Part shown: piece by piece, positions 29,693 to 51,888 of the stretch | Layout: every line of letters starts with the position of its first letter | Numbering within the stretch: position 1 is the first letter of the stretch | Source of the DNA: the human T2T-CHM13v2.0 reference genome, Homo sapiens | DNA: 64,000 nt | Direction: 5' to 3' (one strand) | Assembly (NCBI RefSeq): GCF_009914755.1 | Contig: NC_060927.1 | The notes under the pieces: generated by a model | The model's database searches: none | Seen by the model: the letters and a program-made list of their open reading frames with translations, nothing else | Told to the model about the DNA's origin: nothing | Program-made: the position numbers and the translations under genes

Positions 29693-30159
29693 GTTCCTGT
29701 GCCTCCCCCAGAAAAGCGGGACTTGCCGCTAAGGGTGAAGGACCAAGGCAGGCATCCCTGCGTGGTCTGACACCTCTGAAACCTGGGTGAATAATCAGAG
29801 AGGCGTCCCTGCAATGATTAAACACCAAGGGAAGGCTGCCTTCCCTAGTCCGTGACCAGCACTGGAGTTTTGGGTCCATGGATAAAACGTGTCTCCTTGG
29901 TCTGTACCGGAAAATGAAAGGAATTGAAATTAAGAGAAGGGAGAGATTGAAGTGTGGTGCCAAGATTGAAAGGAGAAAGATGTTGAAGGATAGTGAGGGA
30001 GGTTGGAGAAGAGAGTAAAAAGAAGCTGCTTCCCAGATTTGAAATTGGTGAGATGTTTCTTGGGCTGGTCAGTCTGAGGACCTGAGGTCGTAGGTGGATC
30101 TTTCTCACACAGCAAAGAGCAGGAGGACAGGGGATTGATCTCCCAAGGGAGGTCCCCCA

Positions 30160-30177
30160 ATCTGAGCCACGGCACCA
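30160..30177 (-). promoter_or_regulatory. Primer binding site, tRNA-His (HERV-H)
   Basis: TGGTGCCGTGGCTCAGAT directly after the 5' LTR. Confidence 0.9.
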
Positions 30178-30179
30178 AA

Positions 30180-30531
30180 TTTCACATGCATTTGTGTGAA
30201 GAGACCACCAAACAGGCTTTGTGTGAGCAATAAACCTGTTTATTTCACCTGGGTTCAGGTGGGCTGAGTCCAAAAAGAGAGTCAGTGAAGGGAGATGGGG
30301 TGGGGCCATTTTATAGGATTTGGGTAGGTAAAGGAAAAAGGGGGGTTGTTCTCTGGCAGGCAGGAGTGGGGGTCACAAGGTGCTCAGTAGGGGAGCTTTT
30401 GAACCAGGATGAGCAAGGATAAGGAATTTCACAAGATAATGTCATCAGTTAAGGCAGGAACCGGCCATCTGGATGTGTACATGCAGGTCACAGGGGATAT
30501 GATGGCTTAGCTTGGGCTCAGAGGCCTGACA
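30180..30531 (-). mobile_element. HERV-H 5' LTR (LTR7 family), putative promoter
   Basis: TGTCAGGCCTCTGAGCCCAAGC start; TATAAAA box near 30309-30315 on the minus strand. Confidence 0.95.
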
Positions 30532-30536
30532 CTCTT

Positions 30537-31115
<579 letters not shown>

Positions 31116-31319
31116 TGCACTCGTGCTGTTGGTTAGACTTTGCTGACCTTGTGTCTGTTATTCCCTGGCAGTTCTACAAGGCCTGGAGCAGATACGAAAA
31201 ACCTCCCTTCTTTGCCAAATGGTCCCCAGCTTCCCCATTCACTGAAGGCCCTGCGGTCAGGAACAGTCAGGACTTTGCACCCAGTTGTTGTGAGTGTTGG
31301 CCGACCCTTCCTCTTGTGT

Positions 31320-31468
31320 GATTCATGGACCCTTAGCATTGCATCACCTGGGAGCTTTTGGAATTGAAGACTCTCAGCGCTCACCGGAAGGACCTCCTGG
31401 GCCAGAATCTGCATTTTAACAAGATGCCCAGGTGATTTGCATACACGTTCAGATCTGAGAAGCGCTAG
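31320..31468. mobile_element. MER5-like DNA transposon
   Basis: gcatcacctgggagctt...aatctgcattttaacaagatgcccaggtgatt. Confidence 0.7.
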
Positions 31469-31589
31469 TAGGAGAAGCTTTAATGTGGTAATTAGATCTT
31501 TTCTCCACCTGCAGGAATCTTAGTTTCTTCATGTTAAATCTATTAACTGTGGCAATGGTATGGGGGTTATAAAACAAAACAAAACCCTT

Positions 31590-31818
31590 ACATCAAGAAT
31601 GCACCCGGGTGTGTTATGGATGTGGGTGAAATGAAATGTCTGGAATTTGCTTTAAAATATCCTAAAATAGCAAGAAGGAAAAGAAAAGTGGGAACTGGAA
31701 TGAGATTGGAGAAATGTTGACAAGTTCTTGCAGTGGGATGATGGGTGCATGGGGGTTCATGGTATAATTCTCTCCCTGCTTTTTGTGTATATGGGAAATT
31801 TCCATAATGAAAAGTTAG
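31590..31818 (+). mobile_element. Old L1M 3'-end fragment
   Basis: gatgatgggtgcatgggggttcatggtataattctc...gaaattttccataat. Confidence 0.6.
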
Positions 31819-31819
31819 A

Positions 31820-32406
<587 letters not shown>

Positions 32407-32410
32407 TTAA

Positions 32411-32719
<309 letters not shown>

Positions 32720-33106
32720 TCAACTGTTTTTCATGACTCCACTTTTTCTCCCCTCTTGGAAATGAGTAGTCCTTGAGGGAGTTCCTTTTTTGTCTCAATC
32801 TCTGGTTTCTTTGCTCAGTGCACCTGTGTTTGGGGCTTTGTTGATCTCCAGGCCTTTTTCAGCAGCGTTGTCCCTGGAGAGCAGGATGGGAGCTGATGGC
32901 TTCTCAGCATCTTTTAACTCAGTTTAAAGATGACTATCAACAACATCTAGTCAGCATCTGTTGCTCTCGGCAGCTGGGACTTCATTTCTTTTCTCTTTCT
33001 CCACCTCTCTAACCTCTTTAAGACTCTGCTTTGTCATGGGTACAGCATCACCTGTGTGGCCCTTAGGCTCTCTTACTTACATGTGATCTGCGTATTATGT
33101 CTTTAC

Positions 33107-33328
33107 TTCAGGGCTTCTCAACCAGGGGGTGATTTTGCCCCCAAGAGAACATGTGGCCATGTCTGGAGACAATTTTGGTTGTTGCAGCTGGAGGAGGTGG
33201 TGCTACTGGCAGCTAATAGGTAGAGGCCACGGATGCTGCTAAACATCCTACAATTCCCCGGACAACTCCCACTAAGACAAAAGAATGATCCAGCCCCAAA
33301 TGTCAATAGTGCTGAAAGTGAGAGACCC
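33107..33328. mobile_element. MER20 DNA transposon
   Basis: cagggcttctcaaccagggggtgattttgcccc...ggatgctgctaaacatcctaca...ccccaaatgtcaatagtgc. Confidence 0.85.
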
Positions 33329-33469
33329 TGATTCCATCTTAGAGATCATCCAAGCGCACTTGGCCAAATTGTTTTTGCTACTGTCCCATGAAGAAAAGGC
33401 AGACTCATGACTGATGGCAACGTCGATGGGAATTTTGTTTACCTCTTCTTTGTGGACTTTGGGATACGA

Positions 33470-33590
33470 TGACTTACCATTTGTGCAAGTTGTGCATTGC
33501 ATACCTCCAGGGGGCGCCACCCACATATTTATGAAAATGCCACCCCAGGAATTGCACAGTACATAGTCTACATGGCAATAAACAGTTGCT
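33470..33590. mobile_element. MER91-like hAT-Tip100 fragment
   Basis: tgtgcaagttgtgcattgcatacctccagggggcgcca...ttgcacagtaca. Confidence 0.5.
33504..33517 (+). promoter_or_regulatory. Candidate CTCF core motif
   Basis: CCTCCAGGGGGCGC versus consensus CCASYAGRKGGCRS. Confidence 0.55.
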
Positions 33591-34859
33591 CTGGTTTTGG
33601 GGTTGTCCTGGGTTGCTCTGGAACTGGGAGGAACTTTATTTCTGGCCATTAGAGGCCCTGAGCATGACATTGAGTATCCTTTCAAGAAAGGAGAAATGTT
33701 GAACAGAGAGGACCTCATTTTTATAACTCTTGACCATCATCTAGTTACGGAGCATCCACTTTTCACCCCTGGGCCATATCCATTTGACGGATGAAAAATC
33801 ATCAAATTATAATATCATGGCTTTTACTTTTGATAGCTTCTGCCCGGAACATGGCGGTAACAGCTTCTCATTTTCAATTGATTCATTGGGGGAGAAAATA
33901 TACACGACTGCCCTAAGACTTTCTATTACATACCATTTGTTTGACGGGATTTCTTTAGTTTCTGTAGCATAACTTATTCTAACTGGTCCTCAATCACTTT
34001 GCAATAAAACCTGAGATTGTGAAGATGTTCATTGTCATTACCAGTGACGGAGCAGTAAGTACAGAGTTCTGGAGAGGGAAGGAATCGAGAGAGTTAAACT
34101 AGCAGAATGAGCCGCTCACCCTCAGCATTGCTTTTAATCTTGGTGAGAACTGAGGGGAATTTTGACAGGGTTCAGGGGGACTGCGGGGAGTGGGGCTGGG
34201 AAGTGGCTGTTTGCACGTGTGGTCAGCAAATCCAGTGAGGGGGTCCATGTACTGTAGGCAGCCCCGCAGATGGAGTTGGGATTGCCCTAGACTGAGTACT
34301 GGGTCATCAGTACTCAAGACATCAAGGCCCAGGCTGGTGCAGGAGATACATTGCACTGCTTCAGCCTTTCTTCTATCGCTCCTCTCCAATGACAGTCCCC
34401 GATTTTCCACCGAGGAGTCACTAGTTCCCCACGACATGTGTGCGACTGGCCATTCCCCACCCTGATCTGGAGCTGGGGCATGTGGTCCCAGCCTGGATGT
34501 CAGTATCCTTCCACCACCCTGGCCACAGTGATTGGGTCTGAGAAGCAGATTAGCCAAAGGAGAAACAATCTTGGAAATTTCATGTTCATGCTTAAGAAAG
34601 TAAAATGGAAAGCGGGGGGAGGGTGAGGGGTCATTCTGATGATATAGTTTTAGGACCTGGATGTAGCCATACCTGTAGCTGTCAACTCTGTGCCATAGTA
34701 CTGCTTTTTTTTTTTTTTTCCTTCAAATTTAAATACTTTCTAAAGGCAAGGTCTTGCTATGTTGCTTAGGCTGGTTTTGAAAAGTCCCTTTGGGGGGATG
34801 CTTTCACTGCTTCACTTCCTTTCTATGACAGCTCAGGGAATCAGAAGACAAGCGAGATG

Positions 34860-35265
34860 ATTTTTTTTGTTTGTTTGTTTGAGACAGGGCTTGCTCTGTT
34901 GCCCAGGCTGGAGTGCAGTGGTGCAATCACAGCTCGCCACAGCCTTGATCTTCTGGACTCAAGCGACCCTCCTGCTTCAGCCTCCTGAGTAGCTGGGACT
35001 GTAGGTGGGTACCAACATGCCCAGCTAACTAAATTTTTTTTTTTTTTAGAAGTGAGATCTCACTATGTCACCCAGGCTGGCCTCAAACTCCTGGGCTCAA
35101 GTGATCGCCCTGCCTTAGCTTCCCAAACATACAGGTGTGAGCCCCCACACCAGTCAACGCTGTGGTTTTATGCACCTGGTGTCCCCCTACGCCCTGAGCA
35201 ATGATCCTCCTGCTTCAACCTCCCAAAGTGCTGGGATAACAGATGTGAAGCAGCATGTGTGGCCC
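34860..35265 (-). mobile_element. AluJ-like element plus an extra left-arm fragment
   Basis: Antisense Alu to about 35150 and a partial arm at 35195-35265. Confidence 0.8.
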
Positions 35266-35274
35266 ACATAGTAT

Positions 35275-36398
<1,124 letters not shown>

Positions 36399-36679
36399 CG
36401 AATATAAGTACTTTTAAATTAACTCTCCTCTTCTCTCCATCTTCTTCTAAATCCTCATTTTTACCTAAGCAACAGCTAGGGTCTAATACGGATGTGATGA
36501 CTCACTTCAAAGTGGGGGAAGCCCCCATGTGCACCCAAAGCTCCTGCTGCCTTGGCCCTGGCTTCAGATACTGGACCATCATTGTGGAGGCTTGCTGGAG
36601 ATCTGAGCCAGGACACCATTCTCTGTTGCCTTTAAACAAAGGCTGGTGCTCGCCCAGGCATGTAAGCTCCACCGAGGAT

Positions 36680-37980
<1,301 letters not shown>

Positions 37981-38512
37981 TGAAGCTAGGTGGGAAGAGG
38001 AAAAGTGTCTTGAAGGAAGTAATTCCCTTCAGATAAGGGAGGGAGAAGCTTGATCAATATGCAGACTTTCACAGTCCTTCAGTCCTGGGGATATTGGTGG
38101 AGAGACAGGTCTTGCCTTACATTTGAGAGTTACCATCCCAGGCAGAGGCCCTACTTCCACCTTCTTGCCGGTGGGGCTGGCGAGCAAATACTTAGAGGAG
38201 AAACGAACACCCTTTGTAAGCATGTGAAAAGTTTCTGGAGTGGAGAGATGATGAAGCAGGATATTTGGAGTCAACAGCCAAAGTTTTTATTTTATTTTTT
38301 ATTTTCTATTATACTTTAAGTTTTAGGGTACATGTGCACAACGTGCAGGTTTGTTACATATGTATACATGTGCCATGTTGGTGTGCTGTACCCATTAACT
38401 CATCATTTAACATTAGGTATATCTCTTAATGCTATCCCTCCCCCCTCCCCCGACCCCACAACAGGCCCCAGTGTGTGATGTTCCCCTTCCTGTGTCCATG
38501 TGTTCTCATTGT

Positions 38513-42333
<3,821 letters not shown>

Positions 42334-42393
42334 GGTGTTAGCTGGTTATTTTGCTCATTAGTTGATGCAGTTTCTTCCTAGCCTTGATGGTCT

Positions 42394-43411
42394 TTACAAT
42401 TTGGCATGTTTTTGCAGTGGCTGGTACTGATTGTTGCTTTCAATGTTTAGTGCTTCCTTCAGGAGCTCTTGTAGGGCAGGACTGGTGGTGACAAAATCTC
42501 TCAGCATTTGCTTGTCTGTAAAGTATTTTATTTCTCCTTTACTTATGAAGCTTAGTTTGGCTGGATTTGAAATTCTGAGTTGAAAATTTTTTTCTTTAAT
42601 AATGTTGAATATTGGCCCCCACTCTCTTCTGGCTTGTAGAGTTTCTGCTGAGAGATCAGCTGTTAGTCTGATGGGCTTCCCTTTGTGGGTAACCTGACCT
42701 TTCTTTCTGGCTGCCCTTAACATTTTTTCCTTCATTTTAACTTTGGTGAATCTGCCAATTATGTGTCTTGGAGTTGCTCTTCTTGCGGAATATCTTTGTG
42801 GTGTTCTCTGTATTTCCTGAATTTGAATGTTGGCCTGCCTTGCTAGATTGGGGAAGTTCTCCTGCATAATATCCCGCAGAGTGTTTTCCAACTTGGTTCC
42901 ATTCTCCCTGTCACTTTCAGGTACACCAATCAGACGTAGATTTGGTCTTTTCACATAGTCCCATATTTCTTGGAGGCTTTGTTCATTTCTTTTTATTCTT
43001 TTTTCTCTAAACTTCTCTTCTTGCTTCATTTCATTCATTTCATCTTCCATCACTGATACCCTTTCTTCCAGTTGATCGAATCGGCTACTGAGGCTTGTGC
43101 ATTTGTCACGTAGTTCTTGTGCCTTGGTTTTCAGCTCCATTAGGTCCTTTAAGGACTTCTCTGCATTGGTTATTCTAGTTAGCCATTCGTCTAATTTTTT
43201 TCCCAAGGTTTTTAACTTCTTTGCCATGGGTTCGAACTTCCTCCGTTAGCTTGGAGTAATTTAATCGTCTGAAGTCTTCTTCTCTCAACTCATCAAAGTC
43301 ATTCTCTGTCCAGCTTTGTTCCATTGCTGGTGAGGAGCTGCATTCCTTTGGAGGAGGAGAGACACTCTGATTTTTAGAGTTTCCAGTTTTTCTGCTCTGT
43401 TTTTTCCCCAT
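42394..43411 (-). pseudogene. L1 ORF1, frameshifted near 43200
   Basis: MGKKQSRKTGNSK...QEIWDYVKRPNLRLIG...QKHAKL split across two frames. Confidence 0.93.
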
Positions 43412-45104
43412 CTTTGTGATTTTATCTACCTTTGGTCTTTGATGATGGTGACGTACAGATGGGGTTTTAGTGTGGATGTCTTTTCTGTTTGTTAGTTTTC
43501 CTTCTAAGAGTCAGGACCCTCAGCTGCAGGTGTGTTGGAGTTTGCCTAGGTGTCAGCAGTGGAGGCTGCAGAACAGCGGATATTGGTGAGCAGCAAATGT
43601 TGCTGCCTGATTGTTCATCTGGAAGTTTTGTCTCAGAGGAGTACCCGGCCATGTGAGGTGTCAGTCTGCCCCTATGGTGGGGTGCCTCCTGTTAGGCAAC
43701 TCGGGGGTCAGGGACCCACTTGAGGAGGCAGTCTGTCCATTCTCAGATCTCCAGCTGCATGCTGGGAGAACCACTACTCTCTTCAAAGCTGTCAGACAGG
43801 GATATTTAAGTCTGCAGAGGATTCTGCTGCCTTTTGTTTACCAATGCCCTGCCCCCAGAGATGGAGCCTACAGAGGCAGGCAGGCCTCCTTGAGCTGTGG
43901 TGGGCTCCACCCAGTTGGAGCTTCCCAGCTGCTTTGTTTACCTACTGAAGCCTAGGCAATGGCGGGTGCCCCTCCCCCAGCCTTGCTGCCACCTTGCAGT
44001 TTGATCTCAGACTGCTGTGCTAGCAATGAGTGAGGCTCCATGGGTTTAGGACCCTCTGAGCCAGTCGCGGGATACAATCTCCTGGTGTACCGTTTGCTAA
44101 GACTGTTGGAAAAGTGCAGTATTAGGGTGGGAGTGACCCAATTTTCCAGGTGCCATCTGTCACCCATTTCTTTGACTAGGGAAGGGAATTCTCTGACCCC
44201 TTGCACTTCCTGGGTGAGGCAATGCCTCGCCCTGCTTGGGCTCATGCTCGGTGCGCTGCACCAAGTGTCCTGCACCCATTTTCTGACACTCCCCAGTGAG
44301 ATGAACCCAGTACCTCAGTTGGAAATGCAGAAATCACCTGTCTTCTGCGTCGCTCACGCCAGGAGTTGTAGACTGGAGCTGTTCCTGTTTGGCCATCTTG
44401 GCTCCACCCCCGCTATTATGATTCTTACACAGAGTCCTTTGCTTTCCAGCAGCCTCCTCTTTCTCCTTTTTGGGTTGGAATCCCTCTATTTTAGTGGCCA
44501 CTGGGATTCTGAAATGACAAGTCTTTGTCTCAGAGACCTCACACATGCTCTTCCCTCTGCCTGGAACAGTTTTCCTTGCTCTGGTCCCCTGAGATCTCTT
44601 TCAGCTCAACTGCCCCATGCTCAGAGACCCCCTTTCTCCCTCTCTAGTTTGAAGCCAGTTTACCCCTGTAGTCTGTGCCTGGAATACTCGTTTTCCTCCT
44701 TGATGCCTGCTTAGTTGTCACGGGATGTATGTGCCTGTTTGGGTGTCTGGTGTCTGTCTCCCCGACTGGACTGCATGCTCCTGGTGAGCTGGAGGGACTG
44801 GACTAGCACAGGTCAAGGCCCTGGGGCTGGAGGGAGCAGGGCAGAAGGCACAGGCAAAAGGCCTTTGTGATCCGGAAGGAAGTGAAGGAGAGGGAGAGCG
44901 ATGAGAGAGTCTGGCAGAAGATGGGCCAGGGGCCAGGCTGTGTGGGATCTTTTGGGCCACAGAAAGACATTTCAATTCTTATGTAAGAGAACCAGGACAC
45001 CATTGGAGGGTATGAGTCACCTCATCTAACTGAGCTCTGTAAATGTCAATGTTTTATTATTTTTATACAATTCTTTAAAAGTGATTTTAGTTATTTACCT
45101 TTTT

Positions 45105-45424
<320 letters not shown>

Positions 45425-45436
45425 TAAAAAAGATCA

Positions 45437-45675
45437 GGCCAGTCACGGTAGCTCATGTCTCCAATCTCAGCACTTTGGGAGGCTGAGGTGGGATGCTCAC
45501 TTGAGGCCAGGAGTTCAAAACCAGCCCAGGCAACATAGTGAGACACCCCCTGCCCCAATTTCTAAGAAAATGAGAAAATTAGGCATGGTAGGACTGCTTG
45601 AGACCAGGAGTTTGAGGCTCCACTGAGCTGTGATTATACCATTGAGCTACAGCCTGGGCAACAGAGTGAGACCCC
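45437..45675 (+). mobile_element. AluJ-like, internally deleted
   Basis: Sense Alu missing part of the right arm. Confidence 0.8.
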
Positions 45676-45787
45676 GGAGCCGCCTCAGCCTCCCTAGAGC
45701 TGACCGAGCTTTTGCTTCTTATCACAGGGAATGACGGACGCTGGGGCTTTGATGGGCATCAGGTGAAATGGGCAGAGTGACGCTTAC

Positions 45788-46033
45788 CTGGGATGGCAGT
45801 GAAGTGGGAAGGGGAGGTCATTGTGACAAGGGGCGGCATGAGGTACTTGGCCTTGATGCCCTCCCCGGCCAGACGGTCCAGGTTGGGGGTGTCCACATCC
45901 TGATCCTAGTCCCAGCGGAAGCCCTGGAAGGAGATCAGCAGCAGTTGTGAGTGCTCTTCTTCCCTGGGAGGAGGTGGCCGCCCAGCAGGACAGGCAGCGG
46001 CAGCAGCAGCTGGAGGGTGCCGAGCCATGTCAT
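45788..46033 (-). pseudogene. ENPP7P: ENPP7-like pseudogene, exon 1 (signal peptide and first catalytic motifs)
   Basis: Reads MTWLGTLQLLLPLPVLLGGHLLP-frameshift-REEEHSQLLLISFQGFRWD*DQDVDTPNLDRLAGEGIKAKYLMPPLVTMTSPSHFTAIP(G), followed by a CAG|GTAAGC donor at 45787. Matches ENPP7 LLLVSFDGFRWNYDQDVDTPNLD...VTMTSP. TAG at 45908-45906. Confidence 0.92.
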
Positions 46034-46325
46034 CCCACGAGCACCTGTCATGCACTCCTCACACAGTTCATGGGCTTCTCCCTCTTTAGTCCGTTGTTGA
46101 ACAAAGTCCACATTAATAATTCAGCCCAGCTCTGTTGTGGGACAAACAAACAAACTGGAGTGTAGCAAGGTGCTGCATATTTGCAGGACAGGATGAAAGC
46201 GTTCTGGAGATGGATGGGGGACATGGCTGTACAATGTGGTGGATGCACTTAACACCACTGAATTTTTCCTTTGAAAATGGCTAAAATAATAGATTTTGTG
46301 TGTATTTTACCACAATAAAAAATCA

Positions 46326-46726
<401 letters not shown>

Positions 46727-46778
46727 TTATAGGGAGAGCAAATTATTGTTCACCAGCACTATTAAAATAGCTACAACA

Positions 46779-47109
<331 letters not shown>

Positions 47110-47257
47110 TCATGAGGCCAGGCACTGTATACGTGTACATCATCTCATTTAATTTTTTCTCTTGTTTAAAATTATTTTTTCCTCTAATCCTCATGTTGAT
47201 TGACATTTTTTTTAATCCTAGGAATTAGTTGAAAATTTTGCATAAGAATTAAAAATT

Positions 47258-47552
47258 GCCTGGCCTGATGGCTTACACCTGTTATCCCAGCACTTTGGGA
47301 GGCTGAGATGAGAGAATCAGTTGAAGCCAGGAGTTTGGGCCAGTCTGGGCAATATTGCGAGAATGCAACTCTATGAAAAAATTTAAAAAGCTGGGTGTGG
47401 TAGGGTTCACATGTAGTCCCAGCTACTTGGAAGACTAGGTATGAGGATTGCTTGAGCCCAGGCGGTAAAGGCAGCAGTGAGCTATGATTGTGCCATTGCA
47501 CTGCAGCCTGGGTGATGGAGTGAGACTCTATCTCTCAAATAAATGAATAAAA
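47258..47552 (+). mobile_element. Alu (AluJ-like)
   Basis: Sense Alu. Confidence 0.85.
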
Positions 47553-47895
47553 TTGTGGTATAATATATGCAACATTTACCATTCTGTGTATCTGAAAGTG
47601 TACAATTCAGTGACATTTTGTACATTTATCATGTTGTGCAATTATCACCACTACCTAGTTTCAGGGCTTTTTCAACACCTCAATTGGAAGCCTCATATCC
47701 ATTCAGCAGTCACTCTGCATATCCCCTCCTGTAGCCCCTGGAAACCTCTCATCTACTTTCTATCTCTGTCGATTGGCTTAGTCTGAACATTGCATATAAA
47801 TGGAATTGTACAATATATGACCTTTCATGTCTGCTTCTTTCACTGAGCATGTTTTTAACGTTCATCCATATCACAACATGGATAAGTTTTATTTT
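47553..47895 (-). mobile_element. L1MB-like 3' end fragment
   Basis: aagtgtacaattcagtgacattt..gtacatt..atgttgtgcaattatcaccact. Confidence 0.7.
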
Positions 47896-49710
47896 CTTTT
47901 TAGACCCTATCTAAAAAGAAAAAAAATTGTAAAACAAAAACAAAAACAAAAAAATATATAGGATGGAGATCAGATGAGTCCTGCAAAGTTTATAATATTT
48001 ACTGTCTAGCACTTTACATAGAAGCTTGCCTACCTCTGAATGATATGCAGGTACAGAGATGACATTTATCTTGGCACTTATAGAAAGACCTATAAATTGT
48101 ATAAAGACATCATCATTGGATTTCCAGTAACAAGAAGCGGCAAGACATGACGATGTGTCCAGGTGTTCAGGTGAAGTTTAGGGAAGGTCTTGTCTTGACG
48201 AGGTCGGATGTGAGACCCAGATGAGATAACCCCATTTCCCATGCTGAAATTGCCTGAGAATTTCATTCCAGTTATTTGCGTAGGTTGATTCTTTCGGTGG
48301 GGGTGGGGTGGGTGAGGAGGTGAAGTGTCAGGGGAGTTCTATTTTGTATTTGCACAACTTGGCTTTCTTTTTACTTGGTGTGGTGTTTTGCTGTATGAGG
48401 AATTTCATAGAATTTTATAATGAGTATGCAGCATAGTGGTTTGAATCCTGCCAGGCCGAGGGTCATATCTCAGCTCTGAAACTCATTATCTATGACGCCT
48501 TGGGGCAGGTCCCATAACTCTCCAAGCCTCTGTTCTATATTCCATGGGGTTGTGAGGTTCAGATGAAATAATGCATGCTGGCAGGAATGGTTACTGCTCA
48601 TGGGATTTCCAGGTGTTCCCCGTATTCCCCAGACACCCTGTAGTTAGATGGATCCATGCCAGGGTCCAATGCTCTATAAGTGGAAGTCACTGACATCACC
48701 TCTAGTCTACAGCTTTTGAGGGCTTGGGAATAACTATCTCATTCTCTCATCTCCTGGTGCAGTAACTATGGGAGAATCCTTGCATTAAGATGGTAGAATT
48801 TCCATCATTCTAGGACTTTGAGTGGCCATATGGAGCACATCATACCCAGCCAACCCATTGTGGACATGGAATGTAAGAAATCAACCTTGGTTGCTAAGCT
48901 GCTGAGACTCTGGCGTTAATTTGTTACTGCAGCATAACCTAGTCCATCTTGATGCATGCAGCATGCAAACCACTTATGTTGACCCTTAGCCATGGTAAGT
49001 GCTCCACAGATGTTGGTTACTTTTGGTAGGAAGATAGATTGCCTCTGAAAGTTTTGTTAGCTGATCTCATGATGCCAATGTTGCTATTTTGTAATTGGAT
49101 AAATTGGACTTGGCTCTCCTTCCGGCATGTGGGAGAGAAAGATGACTGAGAGACAATAAGGCACTATTATCTTCAGTTTGTGTCCTTGGATACCCTTGGT
49201 GGCAATGAACAATGCATGCCCCTCTGAGAAAACTGGACCTAAAGGAGAATGGGAGATGATACCAGAATTGGGAAAGTCCAAGGCCCCAGGCATTCCCTGG
49301 TCTGGAGACAACTTTGAGTCCTTGGTGGGAAGATTCTCCAAGGGAACATAAATGCTTCTACTATCTAGTTTGTCTCTTTGAGAATTAAAACTTTTTTTTT
49401 CATTCCAGTAGCTTTTGGGGTACAGTTCGGCTCTTTGAGAATTGCATACTAATTAATTTTAGGGGTCATCTGTACACATCTCTATATTCCTGAAACATGG
49501 TAGAAACAGCCAGCAGTCAGGCAACAATCTATCATGACCACTAAAATATCCCCAAAGTGAAACACCAGATGTGATCCACTGGGTTTAGTGGAGGTGGCTG
49601 GCTTGACAGTTGATTATATTTATTATTGTCACTGTGGTGATTATGGCCACAACATTGTGATGCGTGTTGGTCTTCTTTTGGTGAGTTGCAGTTTGGAAGG
49701 AATAAATCCA

Positions 49711-50023
<313 letters not shown>

Positions 50024-50737
50024 TAATACTCCACCATGACACTCAGGCTTATGGGTCCCAGAGCTCCAGAAGCATCTCCTGACCACAACATCCTGACCCA
50101 GATTCTACTGAAAAATACATGAGTCTAGCAGAGCCATCTCTGACATTTCCCTTCTTTTGAACAGCTGATCTGTCAGCCATGGGGAGCCCTTATGAAAGTG
50201 CAGTGTGTTTTGTGAAACTTGAGGTTGATCAAAGAATACCATTAAACTTTGTTAAGAAATCTACATATTGATGACATAGGCAGTGGGGTGGAGGTGGGGA
50301 AATTCCCAAATACATTTTAGGAATTATCTCAGGAGGTAAGAGTCAGAACTCTTGGTTGCCAGTGACAGAAACTCATCTTACTAGTGTGGAGTGGAAAAGG
50401 GATCATGTTTTTCTCTGCACTCCCCAACCCCAACCCCAAGCAGATCCTGAAAGAGGGACAGGATTGCAAGTGGATTATTTAGGAGATGATTCCAGGGAAC
50501 ACCAATAGGGGAGTGAGGAATTGATTCATGGAAAGGCAGGAGGCCACACAGGGGGCTTCAATGAGCAGCTTACCACTCCAGGCAACTAGGATTTGACCCC
50601 ACTGGGGACCTCTGGGAGGTGATGTGGAATACATTTCAAAGTTGTTCCATCCAGGGGGCAAAGATATTGAAGCATTTATAGCCTGGCTCCCATCCATCAC
50701 TTGCTGAGGACTGGTCCCAGGGCATCAACTCTCTGGC

Positions 50738-51066
<329 letters not shown>

Positions 51067-51633
51067 TGACATACTCCATGCCTGACTTTGAGAAAGCCCT
51101 CAGGTGAAAGTCTTGGTTGTATGCAGTAGCAAGCATGTACTAGAATGATAAAAACCAAGGGGCTTACCACAAGATCTCTCTCTCTATCTCTGTCTCTAGC
51201 TTTGTCTGCATACTGGCTTAATTTCTTCTTACTCAAGCCTTTTCTCCATAAGGCGAGAAACGTGGCCACAAAAGCTCCTGTATTTCTCACTACACACAAT
51301 TCCTGTCATCACAGAGAATGATTAACTTGGTCTAGTTCCAGTTTGGAAAAATATTCAAGGGAAGAATTCTGATTGGCCAATTTAGGCCAGATGCTCATCC
51401 CTGGACCAATCAACTGAGGCCAGAGGGGTGGAGTCATTTGAGAACATGGCAGCCCCCATGAGAGCCACATGAGTGGAGTAGGAAGTGTGAGTCTCTATAG
51501 AGGGGAGGGCTGCTAGGCTGAAAAGGCAATAGATGTCTGCAGTGAAAAGAATAGATCAGGAGATACATTCTGTTAAACCTGTTAATTATTTGAAAAAAAG
51601 AGAAACTTTCAATATACAGTCACAGTATACGTG

Positions 51634-51888
51634 AGCCGGCGGCTCACGCCTATAATCCCAGAACTTTGGGAGGCTGAGGTGGGCAGAGCAGAGATCAGGA
51701 GTTCGAGACCAACCTGACCAACATGGTGAAACCCCGTCTTGTGCGCCTGTAATCCCAGCTACTCAGGAGGTGGAGGCAGGAGAATCACTTGAACCAGGGA
51801 GGCGGAGGTTGCAGTGAGCTGAGATCATGCCCCTGCCCTCCAGCCTGGGCAACAGAGTGAGACTCCTTCTCAAAAAAAAAAAAAAAAG
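51634..51888 (+). mobile_element. Alu with deleted linker
   Basis: Sense Alu lacking the middle A-rich region. Confidence 0.85.

Noticed and set aside
44040-44714. 224-aa plus-strand ORF
   Set aside because: It is the downstream part of the L1 antisense ORF0 frame (ATG 43959, broken by TGA at 44031) running by chance into flanking repeat DNA; there is no sign of a real gene.
45768-46165. Plus-strand ORFs of 60 and 72 aa
   Set aside because: Antisense shadow of ENPP7-like exon 1.
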